Source of the DNA: an uncultured Gammaproteobacteria bacterium
Lineage (GTDB): Bacteria > Patescibacteriota > Patescibacteriia > UBA1558 > 2-01-FULL-52-15
Reading direction: 5' to 3'
DNA length: 64,000 bases
NCBI GenBank assembly: GCA_964422585.1
Contig: CAYRBH010000005.1
Location: forward strand, 3,401-67,400
Shown here: piece by piece, positions 27,033 to 39,100 of the stretch
Numbering within the stretch: the stretch's first letter is position 1
How the letters are laid out: each line of letters begins with the position of its first letter
Program-made: the position numbers and the translations under genes
The notes under the pieces: generated by a model
The model's input: the letters and a program-made list of their open reading frames with translations, nothing else
The model's database searches: none
Told to the model about the DNA's origin: nothing

Positions 27033-29564
27033 ATGGCTGAAAGGAAATATCAACCGCGTGATTTCGAATCGCATTGGCAAGAGCAGTGGGAACAACAAGG
27101 CATCTACCATGCGAAAGATTTTGATACACGAAAGAAGCAATATGTTCTTGTTGAGTTTCCGTACCCTTCGGGCGAAGGTCTGCATGTAGGGCATTGTCTT
27201 TCCTACATTGCGCAGGACATCGTTGCTCGGTATCTGCGTATGAAAGGTAATAATGTGTTGTATCCGATTGGTTGGGATGCGTTCGGTTTGCCGGCTGAAA
27301 ATTTTGCGATCAAGCATAAAGTAAAGCCGCAAGACTCAACCAAAAAAAATATCGCGAACTTCAAGCGACAGATCCAATCAATGGGTATTTCATTTGATTG
27401 GTCGCGTGAACTTAATACCACAGATCCAAAATACTATAGATGGACACAGTGGATTTTTTTGCAACTATTCAAAGCAGGTCTTGCCGAGAAAAAAGAAATG
27501 CCGATTAACTGGTGCCCGAAAGATAAGATTGGTTTGGCTTTTGAGGAAGTCGTTAACGGCTGCTGTGAACGTTGCGGCGCGCCGGTCGAACGAAGAAATA
27601 TCAAACAATGGATCTTGAAGATTACGAAGTACGCTGATCGATTGATCGATGATCTCAAAACAGTTAATTTTTTGCCGGCTATTGCGCAGCAGCAGATCAA
27701 CTGGATCGGGAGGAGCGAGGGTGCTGAAATTGATTTTGCAGTTTCAGGCTCAAAAGAGAAAATAACAGTTTTTACCACCCGACCAGACACGCTTTTTGGC
27801 GCTACCTATATGGTCCTTTCGCCAGAGCATGAGTTTATTGAAAAAAATAAGAATTCGATCACGAACTTCAAAGAAGTTTCAAAGTATATTTCTGTTGCAA
27901 AGAATAAATCTGAACGTGAAAGGCAGGAAAATAGAGAAAAAACAGGCGTTGCATTAAAAGGTATCAAGGCAATCAATCCTGCGAATAAGAAAGAAATCCC
28001 GATCTGGGTTGCTGATTATGTTTTAAGTGGATATGGCACTGGTGCGATCATGGCAGTGCCTGCGCATGATTTACGAGATAATGAATTTGCTCACAAATTT
28101 AGAATTCATCCAATCGTGCCAGTGATTATTCCTGAGAGCATCGATAACCTTGGGCACACTCGAGCAGTTATTAAAGATAGCGGCCAAATCGGTATAATCG
28201 GCGATGTTTTGACAGTCTGGCAGGGCCAAAGCACCTCGGAGGCATTTCAAATTTTAGTTGGAAGGATTAAGTCTGGAACTCAGTCCTACTTTGGCGAAGG
28301 AAGATTAATTAATTCAGGAAAGTTTGATGGCTTAGCTTCAGAAGAGGCAAAACAAAAAATCACCAAGGCTGTTGGTGGAGAAATGAAAGTGCAATACAAG
28401 CTCCGCGATTGGATTTTTTCACGACAACATTATTGGGGTGAGCCAATCCCTATTATTCATTGTGAAACATGTGGTGAAGTTGCAGTCCCTGAAAAAGACT
28501 TACCAGTAGTTTTACCAGATGTTGAGTACTATGAGCCAACTGATACTGGCGAGTCGCCATTAGCGAAAATCGAGACTTGGGTCAATGTACAATGTCCAAA
28601 TTGTCACGGCGATGCAAAGCGTGAAACAGATACCATGCCAAACTGGGCCGGCAGCTCTTGGTATTTTATGCGCTATACTGATCCGCATAATGACAAAGCA
28701 TTTGCTGATAAGAAAAAATTGAAGTACTGGATGCCCGTGGATCTGTATAATGGAGGAGCAGAGCATACAACATTGCATGTTTTGTATTCGCGGTTTTGGT
28801 ATAAATTTTTGTATGATCAGGGCTATGTGCCAACGTCAGAACCGTATCAGGTCAGAGTGCAACACGGCATGATCCTAGCGCCTGATGGTCAGAAAATGTC
28901 AAAGTCGCGCGGTAATGTTATCAATCCTGATGAGATAATCGAAAAGCACGGAGCAGATATTTTCCGCCTGTATATGATGTTTATGGGAGAGTATGATCAG
29001 TACAAATCGTGGAATGATAAAAATTTGCAAGGTGTGGCGCGATTCATGAGGCGACTCTATGAGTATGTGACGCAAGTGACTATCGCAAAGTCGTCTGTTG
29101 CTGCTCGGACAGCAGTACATCGCGCTATTCGGGATATAGGCGCGGATCTCGAGCGCAGATCGTTCAACACAGCCGTGAGCAAGCTCATGATCTGCCTCAA
29201 CTCACTAGAAAAAGAATCATCCATCGACCGCAAAGACTTGAGCGCTCTAGTGCGTAGCACTGCTCCATTCGCGCCGCATCTCACGGAGGAGCTTTGGCAC
29301 AGTAAACTCAGCGAAAAAACCAGCATACACAGGTCTCAGTGGCCAGACTTTGATGCCTCGGCAATCAATGAAGAAGGAGTTACTCTCGGTGTGCAGGTTA
29401 ACGGTAAGGTTCGCGCGGACATAGTAGTTACCACGGATATGAGCGAGGCTGATGTACGCACTGCCGTACTTGCTCTGGAGTCGATACAGAAATATGTGCC
29501 GAATCCAGCCGCCATCAAAAAGTTCATCTATGTGAAAGGCAGGATCATCAGCATTGTCGTATAG
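27033..29564 (+). CDS. leuS: Leucyl-tRNA synthetase
   Basis: HIGH (PYPSGEGLHVGH) and KMSKSRGN motifs plus LeuS-specific blocks (WDAFGLPAEN, DWIFSRQHYWGEPIP). Start placed at the Met giving the canonical MAERKYQP N-terminus. Confidence 0.95.
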   Translation: MAERKYQPRDFESHWQEQWEQQGIYHAKDFDTRKKQYVLVEFPYPSGEGLHVGHCLSYIAQDIVARYLRMKGNNVLYPIGWDAFGLPAENFAIKHKVKPQDSTKKNIANFKRQIQSMGISFDWSRELNTTDPKYYRWTQWIFLQLFKAGLAEKKEMPINWCPKDKIGLAFEEVVNGCCERCGAPVERRNIKQWILKITKYADRLIDDLKTVNFLPAIAQQQINWIGRSEGAEIDFAVSGSKEKITVFTTRPDTLFGATYMVLSPEHEFIEKNKNSITNFKEVSKYISVAKNKSERERQENREKTGVALKGIKAINPANKKEIPIWVADYVLSGYGTGAIMAVPAHDLRDNEFAHKFRIHPIVPVIIPESIDNLGHTRAVIKDSGQIGIIGDVLTVWQGQSTSEAFQILVGRIKSGTQSYFGEGRLINSGKFDGLASEEAKQKITKAVGGEMKVQYKLRDWIFSRQHYWGEPIPIIHCETCGEVAVPEKDLPVVLPDVEYYEPTDTGESPLAKIETWVNVQCPNCHGDAKRETDTMPNWAGSSWYFMRYTDPHNDKAFADKKKLKYWMPVDLYNGGAEHTTLHVLYSRFWYKFLYDQGYVPTSEPYQVRVQHGMILAPDGQKMSKSRGNVINPDEIIEKHGADIFRLYMMFMGEYDQYKSWNDKNLQGVARFMRRLYEYVTQVTIAKSSVAARTAVHRAIRDIGADLERRSFNTAVSKLMICLNSLEKESSIDRKDLSALVRSTAPFAPHLTEELWHSKLSEKTSIHRSQWPDFDASAINEEGVTLGVQVNGKVRADIVVTTDMSEADVRTAVLALESIQKYVPNPAAIKKFIYVKGRIISIVV

Positions 29565-29581
29565 AACCTTGTGTCGGTATC

Positions 29582-30211
29582 GTGTATACTGTAAGCATGA
29601 AGATCATCAAGTATGCGCCAGAAAAGAAAGCCTCTATCCTTGCCGAAGCATTGGTAGTCCTGTTGTCAGGCGGGACGGTCGTCTATCCGACCGAGACAGC
29701 TTACGGACTGGGGGCTGATTTTTTTTCGCCGCGTGCCTATCGATCGATTTTTTCCATCAAGTATCGTGATGCGAAGAAGGCCTTGCCCGTGATTGTCCCT
29801 GACCTCGAATATGCGACGACGCTCGTTGAATTCAGTCCACAGGCATCGAAGCTTGCCGCTGAGTATTGGCCCGGACCTTTGACGCTCGTATTACCCTTCC
29901 GCTATGGGAAGGAGTATGAGTATCACACTGATCCGTATCTAGCACTTCGAGTGAGCTCCCATCCCATTGCTGCGAGCCTTGCTCAGGCTTTCGGTAAGCC
30001 ATTGATAGCGACATCGGCCAATGCGAGCGGCAAAGCAGTATGCTATAGTGCTGATGACGTCATCCGGCAATTCGAAAGCAGCCGTTCACAACCTGATCTG
30101 GTCATCGATGCGGGTATGCTGCCCGAAGCCCCGCCCTCAACGATAGTAAAGGTAGACCGCGACTCTCTGGAAGTAATACGTAATGGTTCGATACTACTCA
30201 ACAAAAAATAA
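29582..30211 (+). CDS. tsaC: L-threonylcarbamoyladenylate synthase (YrdC/Sua5 family)
   Basis: YrdC fold signature VVYPTETAYGLGAD, K..LP.IV, PGPLTLVL and SANASG. Confidence 0.85.
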   Translation: MYTVSMKIIKYAPEKKASILAEALVVLLSGGTVVYPTETAYGLGADFFSPRAYRSIFSIKYRDAKKALPVIVPDLEYATTLVEFSPQASKLAAEYWPGPLTLVLPFRYGKEYEYHTDPYLALRVSSHPIAASLAQAFGKPLIATSANASGKAVCYSADDVIRQFESSRSQPDLVIDAGMLPEAPPSTIVKVDRDSLEVIRNGSILLNKK

Positions 30212-31390
30212 ATGCTCAAAAAGACCACAGATCGTTTCTTGAATATCTTCCCGCATCATATGCGACAGCAGATACGTGAGCTGTATGCGGCAACCTCGAT
30301 CTTGGATTTCGCGGTAGCGATGATCCAGATCTTCGAGCCGATCTATTTGTATACTTTAGGCTATACACTGCAGCAGATTATTCTGTTCTTCCTCATCGTC
30401 TATGGTGTTTATTTTTTTATCATGCCGCTCGGTGCTCGTGTCGCGAGGCGGGTTGGATATGAACATGCTATCGCCTATAGCACGGTCGTGTTCATACTGT
30501 ATTATTTCATTTTTTATAATATCGCGTTCGCTCCATTTTTATTCGTTCCCGCAGCCCTGCTGTATGCCATCCAGAAAATGCTGTACTGGCCGGCATATCA
30601 TGCTGATTTCGCACGTTTTGCGGATGCGGGTCAAGATGCTCGGGAGATTAGCTTTCTGACAGTCACCGCGGCAGTCGTTGGAGTGATCGCCCCATTAGCA
30701 TCAGGTTTTATACTTGAGTATTGGGGATTTGGCGCGCTTTTTACCTTTGTTTCATTGATCTTCCTCATATCCAATGTCCCCTTGCTAATCACGAAAGAGA
30801 TATTCGAGCCAGGTACTTTCGAGTATTTCAGCGTGTATAAGGATCTTTTTTCGAAGGAGCGCAGAAGGAGCTTTTTCGCCTATGTAGGGTTCGGAGAAGA
30901 ATTGATAGTGCTTGTCGTATGGCCTGTTTTCATCGCGACCATTGTCGTTGATCTTTTGAATATTGGTATTTTGACTGCGCTGACGACCCTGATCAGTGTT
31001 ATCATTACCGTTTATATCGGCAAGTCTTCAGATGTCGGTGACAAGCGTAGCATCTTAAAATTCGGCGCTATCATATATTCGATTGCCTGGTTTATGCGAC
31101 TCATCGTTCATGCGACAGTGGGCATCTTCTTCACTGACACGCTATCACGCATTTCGAAGAATATTGTTACCGTACCTCAGACAGCGCTTACCTATGAACA
31201 GGCGAAGCAACAGAATGTGATGCATACGGTTGTGTTCTTCGAAGCAAGTTTAGTCGTTGGCAAGCTGATAGCGATGTTGATCATATATGGTGCGCTCTTC
31301 ATCTTGCCCTCATTCTTGTCCGGCGCGATGATATACCAATCGATCTTCGTTCTTGCCGGCCTCATGTCGCTCTTGTATATGCTACAGTAA
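30212..31390 (+). CDS. MFS-type transporter, putative
   Basis: About 10-12 TM helices and MPLGARVARRVG, resembling MFS motif A between TM2 and TM3. Confidence 0.5.
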   Translation: MLKKTTDRFLNIFPHHMRQQIRELYAATSILDFAVAMIQIFEPIYLYTLGYTLQQIILFFLIVYGVYFFIMPLGARVARRVGYEHAIAYSTVVFILYYFIFYNIAFAPFLFVPAALLYAIQKMLYWPAYHADFARFADAGQDAREISFLTVTAAVVGVIAPLASGFILEYWGFGALFTFVSLIFLISNVPLLITKEIFEPGTFEYFSVYKDLFSKERRRSFFAYVGFGEELIVLVVWPVFIATIVVDLLNIGILTALTTLISVIITVYIGKSSDVGDKRSILKFGAIIYSIAWFMRLIVHATVGIFFTDTLSRISKNIVTVPQTALTYEQAKQQNVMHTVVFFEASLVVGKLIAMLIIYGALFILPSFLSGAMIYQSIFVLAGLMSLLYMLQ

Positions 31391-32223
31391 TGTCGAAAGC
31401 TACGGTCCAGTATGTGATGCAGAAGTGGAACATTCGTCCGGATACGGAGCAGGGTCAGCATTTTTTAGTCGATGACACGATACTGCAGCGTATCATCACT
31501 GCATCTCAGCTCAACAAGAAACAACATGTGCTTGAAGTAGGCCCGGGCATCGGTACTCTCACCTCGCTGCTTGCTGAAACCGCTGAACGAGTCGCTGCTG
31601 TTGAGATCGACCCTCAGTTCAAGCCGTTGCTCGAAGCTTTCGTTGCAGTTAATACGAATGTGCAACTGCTCTTCGCGGATATTTTGAAGGTACCTTTTGA
31701 AACAGTACGCGCCGCTCTGGATTTGAGATCGGGGAGTGGGTATAAGGTTATTGCGAATATCCCTTACTATCTCACGTCCCGATTTTTTGCGACGGTCCTG
31801 AAGTATCAAGAGCTTCCGACGATGATCGTAGTCTTGATACAGAAAGAAGTAGCTGAGCGTATCGTCGCGCAGCCTGGTGATCATTCGAAGTTATCATTGA
31901 GCATTCAGCTCTATGGCGCCCCGCGCATCGCTTTTCAGGTGCCACGAACAGCTTTCAGTCCTATACCGGAGGTCGATTCAGCAGTCTTGGTCATAGAAGA
32001 TATCCACCAATGGAGTTATGCGGTGCCAGAACGTAAAGTATGGCAGCTCATTACCTTCGGTTTTAGCTCACGCCGGAAGAAATTGGTGAATAACCTTATG
32101 GCAGGTATGCATATCTCAAGGGATGCTGCCTTAGATATACTGAAAAAGGCAGGTATTGAGCCAAATATACGAGCTGAAGACATGTCTATTGAGAGTTGGC
32201 TGCGTCTCGCTGAGCATGCATAA
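31390..32223 (+). CDS. rsmA: 16S rRNA (adenine1518/1519-N6)-dimethyltransferase
   Basis: QHFLVD..., VLEVGPGIGTLT and the NIPY motif region. The start overlaps the previous stop by 1 nt. Confidence 0.92.
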   Translation: MSKATVQYVMQKWNIRPDTEQGQHFLVDDTILQRIITASQLNKKQHVLEVGPGIGTLTSLLAETAERVAAVEIDPQFKPLLEAFVAVNTNVQLLFADILKVPFETVRAALDLRSGSGYKVIANIPYYLTSRFFATVLKYQELPTMIVVLIQKEVAERIVAQPGDHSKLSLSIQLYGAPRIAFQVPRTAFSPIPEVDSAVLVIEDIHQWSYAVPERKVWQLITFGFSSRRKKLVNNLMAGMHISRDAALDILKKAGIEPNIRAEDMSIESWLRLAEHA

Positions 32224-32348
32224 GAGATAGCTCTTGACGCTCTTCAAAGCACTTGGTGGTTGCTTATAGAATATGCTATAATAATCCCATTGTTGGTAGC
32301 CAGGTATTGGCTAATAAGAAATAAAATCACTACCATTTTACACTAACT

Positions 32349-33101
32349 ATGCCGCAGAGTAAGAACAGTGGACCGGGGCATGGTATTGGGTTCCGTTCGC
32401 AGCCGCGAGGTGTACAAGCGTTATTGGTTGCGGTTGCTTTCTTCGGAGCAGCTTCACTCGGCTATGGAGCATATGCCATTCAAGATAAATTGGTCAGCCC
32501 TTTCAAAGCAAGTGTCATAACATCCGATAAGGTTTTGAATGAAATACTGCCCACGGCTGATCAGGGCGCGCTCGCGTCAAAGACCAAAGATACTGATGGC
32601 GACGGATTGAGCGATTATGACGAAGTGGCTATCTATAATACGAGTCCATATCTCGCTGATACTGATGGCGATGGTATTCCTGACGGGGTTGAAGTGAAGA
32701 ACGGTACTGATCCGAACTGCCCCCAGGGCCAAGTATGCAATGGTTTGCGGCTCGTAACACCTGATACGAAGATCTCTGATCTGTTCCCGCAGTTCTCTAC
32801 CTCGAATGTTACGTTGAAAGATAAGACGGTTCAGGAATTTAGGCAGATACTGCTGGCTCAGGGATTCGATAAAGCTAAACTTGATCAGATCAGTGATAAT
32901 ACCTTGCTCATCATACTGCAGGAGAGCTTGAAGGCTCAGGATGAGGCGCAAGGCACCAGCACCCCGACCACCACGGATGCGATCACGGTAGGAGATTATG
33001 ATCAGCTTCGCTTGCTTCTCGTCGATATGGGCGTGCCTCATGATGAGGTGTATAGCATGAGCAATCAAGATATACAGAATATGCTGAAGACATTCAAGTA
33101 G
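32349..33101 (+). CDS. N-terminally anchored protein with tandem DxDxDG calcium-binding repeats, immediately upstream of the giant protein
   Basis: A TM helix (LLVAVAFFGAASLGYGAYA), then DTDGDGLSDYDE...DTDGDGIPDGVEV. This is the same motif pair as in 23659..25035. Confidence 0.5.
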   Translation: MPQSKNSGPGHGIGFRSQPRGVQALLVAVAFFGAASLGYGAYAIQDKLVSPFKASVITSDKVLNEILPTADQGALASKTKDTDGDGLSDYDEVAIYNTSPYLADTDGDGIPDGVEVKNGTDPNCPQGQVCNGLRLVTPDTKISDLFPQFSTSNVTLKDKTVQEFRQILLAQGFDKAKLDQISDNTLLIILQESLKAQDEAQGTSTPTTTDAITVGDYDQLRLLLVDMGVPHDEVYSMSNQDIQNMLKTFK

Positions 33102-33114
33102 GACCAGAATATCC

Positions 33115-36100
33115 ATGCAGGCACCAAAAACAAACCGCAAACTATTCTTACGCCTTGTCGCCACCGTTTTTTGTTTGAGTATCTTTTTGATAGCAGCACC
33201 GCTCAAGCCGGTGCATGCGCAGCTCTCTGTTTTTGATCCTCAGCAGTTCGTGGAGACGATCAAGGAGTATATCGCGAAATTGAAAGATATCTCTTGGAGG
33301 CAAGCGGCGACCGTAGCTTTGGATAAAGCAGCTTCGAGCTTCATCAATAAACTAGCTCAAGACGCTGGCAACTACTTAGCTACCGGGGGCAAGGGGCAGA
33401 GCAGCCTGGTCCGCCGCGAGTCATTCGGCTCTATTTTAAGGAAGGATGGCGAGGCGGCATTGGGCAATTTCGTCCAAGATCTCTCATCAGAAACACAGCT
33501 TGATAAGCTTGGCTTAAACTTATGTAATCCGTCGGCGCAGCTCAAAGCAAATATTAGCTTGCAGCTTTTGGACGCTGGCCAGCCAGTGCCACTCGGGGCT
33601 GCCGGCTGTAATATCCGGGATATTCAGGCCAATTGGCAGCGATTCGCTCAGAATGCCGGCGTCGTCAATGTGAATGTGACCACCGGCAGTCAGCTGGGTA
33701 TCAGTGGCGGCGCAATTTATGGAGCACCGACAGCGGGGACTTGTCAGACCTCGAAAGGCCAATGTGTGCTTTCAGGATCGAACGCTTCATATGCCGGCTA
33801 CTGCGAGCAGCTTTCTTCATCAAGCCAGCAGCTGCAGACCTACTGTAATACGAAAGCCGATTGCGCAGGAGGAGCGAACTGTATCATCGTAACGGGAGAT
33901 TGTTCTAGTAATGCCGATTGTAAAGGAGGCTCGACATGTAATCTCGTCAGCGGAGGGTCATGCTTCACTGATAGTGATTGTTCTGGTGTAGGAGCGAGAT
34001 GTGTCGGCGCCACCAGCGCATCAAGTGGTGTGCCTTGGCTCGACATCACTAAAGATTTCTCACCAGCTGAAAAACTAAAGACTCTGAATGACCTCTTCTC
34101 GCCTCAACAGAGTGATCTCGGTGCTTATACATTGCTTTCCACCAAAGAAGCTGAGCTGCAGGCAGCAGAAGAAAAATATAAGACCCTCGACCTCTCGACC
34201 TGTAATGCTTACAAAGATGTTGGTTCGAAGATCACTGATGACTATGTCCATCAGAACTGTGATGAGATAAAGGCGTTAGCAGCGAAAACCGCTCCACCAT
34301 CGACAGCCGAGGAAACGCAGGCATTGAAGAGTCAGGGCGATAATGGCTTTTGGCTCAATGCGGCCAAGATCTTCGGCCGTTCACTCATCTCAGGCTTGCT
34401 GAAGAAATATATCAAGGCAGGTTCTTTCTCGCTGGCGCAACTCGGACAGCAAACCGATCTCAGTCAGGTGCGGGAGAATATCGTACAGCAGCTTCGCGGC
34501 GGAGTCACCTCACCGTTGAATGCTTTACAAGTGACGAATACATTGTCTACCGACCAGAAGCCGTCATTGGATAAAGTCGATAATTTCGATTATATCGCTA
34601 CCTTCTCACAGTGTCCTGATGACCGTACGCTTGTTGAGCTTGATAACTGTACTCTCGATGATAACTTTGCTTCTGCGATCCGTGACAAGAAAACTGTCGG
34701 AGATGCATTGGCTGATGGCACACTGCGGGGCGATTTGCCGCTTATCTCCGACCTCAATACAAGCCTTGATGGCGATCCATTCTGTGTAAGGAGTGGTTAT
34801 TGCCATAGCAATATCGTGCGTCTGCGTAAGTATCGCGTGTTGCCAGTCGGTTGGGAGATCGCTGCGTCCCTGAGTCCGATAGACGCGCCAATCACGCTGC
34901 AGGATGCGGTCGACTGTTTCGATAATAATGGTAAGTGCAAGCTTGATCCAGCCTCGAATATCTACTATCACTTGATCGACCCGAATTGGGTATTGAAGGC
35001 GCCGGAAACGCAATGTAAGGCAATGGTCTATGGTCCGAAGCCTCTCAGTACTGAAGTAGCTGAACGTCAGCAGTATTGTGCGGATGGTGTTTCTTGTCTG
35101 GCGGAGGATGATAACGGCACCTGTACTGGCGGCTATGGTTACTGCACGAAAGAGAGCAATATCTGGCGCTTCAATGGTGAGCAGTGCCCAATGCAGTATG
35201 CCAGCTGCACGACGTATACGCGCACCAGCGATAAGCAGGTATTTTCCTATTTGAGCAATTCGGTCGACACCTGTGACGCTTCGGAGAATGGCTGTCAGTG
35301 GTATTCGAAGAGCCAGGATAATGTCGGCACGGTGGATCAGCCGCAGTATGTATGGAATCCACATGACCGCATTTATTTCAATAAGAATGTCGCGACCTGC
35401 GAAGCTGATCAGGTCGGCTGTAATGAGTATGTCTCATTGCTCACGCCTGGCGTCAACTTAGTCACGAACGGCGACTTCGATTATTTCACGGCTTCTTCGT
35501 CGACGAATTTTTCAGATCCGAATTGGATGAACGATACTCTGCCGGACACCTTCGATGGCTGGCAGGGCACGGCTAATGCGTTCACGACTCGCGATAATGC
35601 ATACTATGGATCTGTCGGCTTGCATTTACAGGGTGGCGGCAGGCTTTCGACGAATGTGATAACCGGCATTTTGGCTGACAAGACCTACATACTATCGTGG
35701 TATGCGAAGTCGGCGAGCGGTAATGACTGCACGACCGACGTATCTATCGCTTCCCCGGGTTCTCCGGCCCAGAGTACGACCGTCACCTATACGAAAGATT
35801 GGAAGCGCTTCGAGCTCTCGAAGAGCTTCGATGTGAATGCTCAGGATACCCAAGCGACCATCTCGTTCTCAGGCAACTGTGCAGCCCCGACGGCGAGCGA
35901 TATGTATATTGATGGAGTGAAGTTCGAGCTGAATAATCAATCGTCCGGTTTCACGCAGTATGCTGAGAATGGGAAGACTTATCTCAAGTCACAGAACCAG
36001 TGTACGAAAGATGATGTCGGATGTGATATGTATACGGCGACTGATAGCGGGATCAAGGTACCAGGTAAGATCGATTCGAACGACATTTGTCCGGCTGAGT

Positions 36101-39100
36101 GTGTGGGGTATCAGAATTATCTCGAGCTCGCAAGCCAATACGATGTGCTTGAACGGTTGCCACTGGCTCCGCCAGCGCCTCGGTCTGTTAATTTCATAGC
36201 ATCGACGGCTGCCGCATGCCCGGCGAACGAAGTTGGCTGCGAAGAGTTTACCAATGAGCAGGAAGTGGCTCAGGGCGGCGAAGGCAAGCATTACTTCAGC
36301 TATGTCAGGCAATGCGTCGAGGATGCTCTTGGCAGCACCTACTATACCCTCGAAGGCAGTGATACTGCTGGATATCAAGTGAAGACCTGGAGACTCTTGG
36401 CATCGGACCTTCCTTCTGGTCAGCCTTGTACCAATGTCGATATCGGAGCCAAGAACTGTATCGATGGCAGCACGACGCCAGCGACTTGCAGCGCGGCCGA
36501 CCTGGGGACGAACTTGGATTGTCGCGAGTTCTTCGATATCAATGGCAACCCGCATTATGTGCTGCAAAGCAGGGTCATCATTTCAAGCACTGATTGTCAG
36601 GCATATCGCAGAACCTCTACGGGGACGACATTCTACGCGCTCGGTAGTGAGAGCAGGGCCTGCTCCGCTCAGAGCAATAATTGTCGCGAATACCGCGGTA
36701 ACCAATCAGGCAATCTACGAACCGTTTTCTCGGATTACTTCGAGCAAGGCACTATCGATGCTTGGGACTCTACGCTCTCATCACTTTCGACCGAAGCAGT
36801 AAGTACCGGCGGCCACTCTATCGTTAATCGTAATCCATCGGATGTGCTGCAGAGTACCTTATCACGGAATGCGAAGAGTTATCCGATCGATGCTGGCCGC
36901 GAGATATATATGGACTTCTGGATGAAGAATACTGGTCCGGTGCAGGTGACGATGAAGGCTGACGCGAGCACGTATTTCGCGACGACCACCATGCAAGTGG
37001 CAAGTGACTGGCAGCAGTATACAGTAGGTCCTGTGTATTTGGATACTGCGATCACGGCGACGCCATCGATACAACTGACTCCGGTGGGGGCCAATCCGAT
37101 ACCAGCGGTATATTTTGACAATATCGACTTCAAGGAATCACAGACCAATATCTTCCTTATTAAGGATAGCTGGAAGACGCCGCTTTCCTGCGATCAGCCG
37201 ATACCTGGCGCAATGCTGGGCTGTCAGGAATACACCAATAAAGCAGGTGTCTCCTATGACCTACGTTCATTCACGAAGCTGTGCTCGACCGATGTGATTG
37301 GCTGCCAGGCTTTCATCAATACGCAGAATTCGACTAATCCATTCCAGAAGATCTATAACGCGGATGATCCTTCGCAGGTCATTGTCCCGGCCGATACCAT
37401 CAGCTACCTGGTTTACAATGAACAGAACCGCTGCTTCAGTCAGAGCAAGGGTTGCAGCGCGCTTGGTTCTCCGCAGCTGAATCTCAATCTGCCTGAGGCT
37501 GATCCGAAATACATCGATGGCTATAAAGTAAAGACATTAATCAATAATCCAGACACCTACGACAATACGCTCTGTACCGATAAGGGATTGTTCTGCGAAG
37601 AGTATACCAATAGCGACTCTCAGACGGTATATTTCAAGAACCCTCGCGATCGCGTCTGCGTCTATAAGGAAAATCAGAATGTGAACGGTAAGATCGTTAC
37701 GGGTTGGTTCCAAAAGAAGAGCATCGATGGCGGCGGGACGCCGATTGGCTGTTCTGATGACGGCGTGTTGCCGATCGAAGATAAAGATTTCCAGCTTTCG
37801 AACAATTTGGATTTCAACTATCAAGGCTGGGTTGGCGAGTGTTCGGCGCAGTATGATCAGTGCACGGAATTCAGGGATCCGCTTGATACCCAGGGCGATA
37901 ATGCGTTGAAAAACGCCGACTTCAGTCTGATAAACCCCGCCAATGGGCAGCCATTGAATTGGAATGACCATATTTGGAGCTGGCCATATCAGAGTACGCC
38001 GCCGGCCAACTGGTTACAGACCAACCCTGGTCTCCGCTATGGTATATCGACCTTCGAACCGTATGGCTCTATGTCATTCGGGCAGGACTTCTCGAATGTC
38101 GATGGCAGCGATGTGTTCGCCTATAGCGTTGATGTGAATGTGCAGAAGATGACTCATGGTATGAACTCTGGCGTCAGCGCGAACCTATCATGCCATTTCG
38201 ATTCACCTAAGGATATAGATTTCTGCAGTACCTCAACGTGGACAGATCCAGCCAGCACTTGTACCACTACAGCTGATTGTAAGGCTGGCGGCGCTTGTAC
38301 AGCGGGGCAGTGCAAGTATCCGACGGGCAACTATGATTATAGTAAGCCTTGTGGGCCGAATAATTCCTGTTCCGGAAACAGTATGTGCTATACCTTCTCT
38401 TGGAATGCCTGCGAAGGACCGGGTCCAGATGGTACTTTCAATAATCGCGCCGACGATGACTTCACTAATATGCAATGCGCTGCATCGACTCCGACTGATG
38501 ACGCTGCCTGCGCAGCGGTCCCTGGCCGAGCAGGGTATAAGTGCTTGAGCTGGCCATATGATAAGACCAAGGATCGCGATCTGGTCTTGGACTATGTCAC
38601 GAATGCCAATCCATATCTCTACAATCAATGGCAGACACTGCGCAGGGTCGTTGACCTTGGAGCGGATAGTGGACAACGGAACGTGTATGAGTGTACGTTC
38701 TGGCTTAGCGCGACGCAGAATCAATATGACCAAAACAACACGAATAGCAGTGGCGGCGCCTGTGCCCCAGCCGCAACCTATGCCTATGACTTGGCATGTG
38801 GAGATACCTACTGTACGAGACCTGGGCCTGACGGCAAGGTCGGCACTGCTGACGATATACCGACCACCGTTAAATGCTCTACGAGTACGAACCCGGCTCT
38901 ACCGACGGTCATTGGTGATGCTGGTTGTAAAGCGGCTCCTACGGGCGCACGACCTGGTACTGGTGACCCTGCGGCGGTCTGCGGGAGCACTGCTGCCGAG
39001 CCCGATACATTCTGGTGGACGAATCCTTTGTTCAAGAAGGCCAAGAGTTACTACTACTTGAATAATGATGAGATAGATACGAAGACCTGCAACGGTCAGG

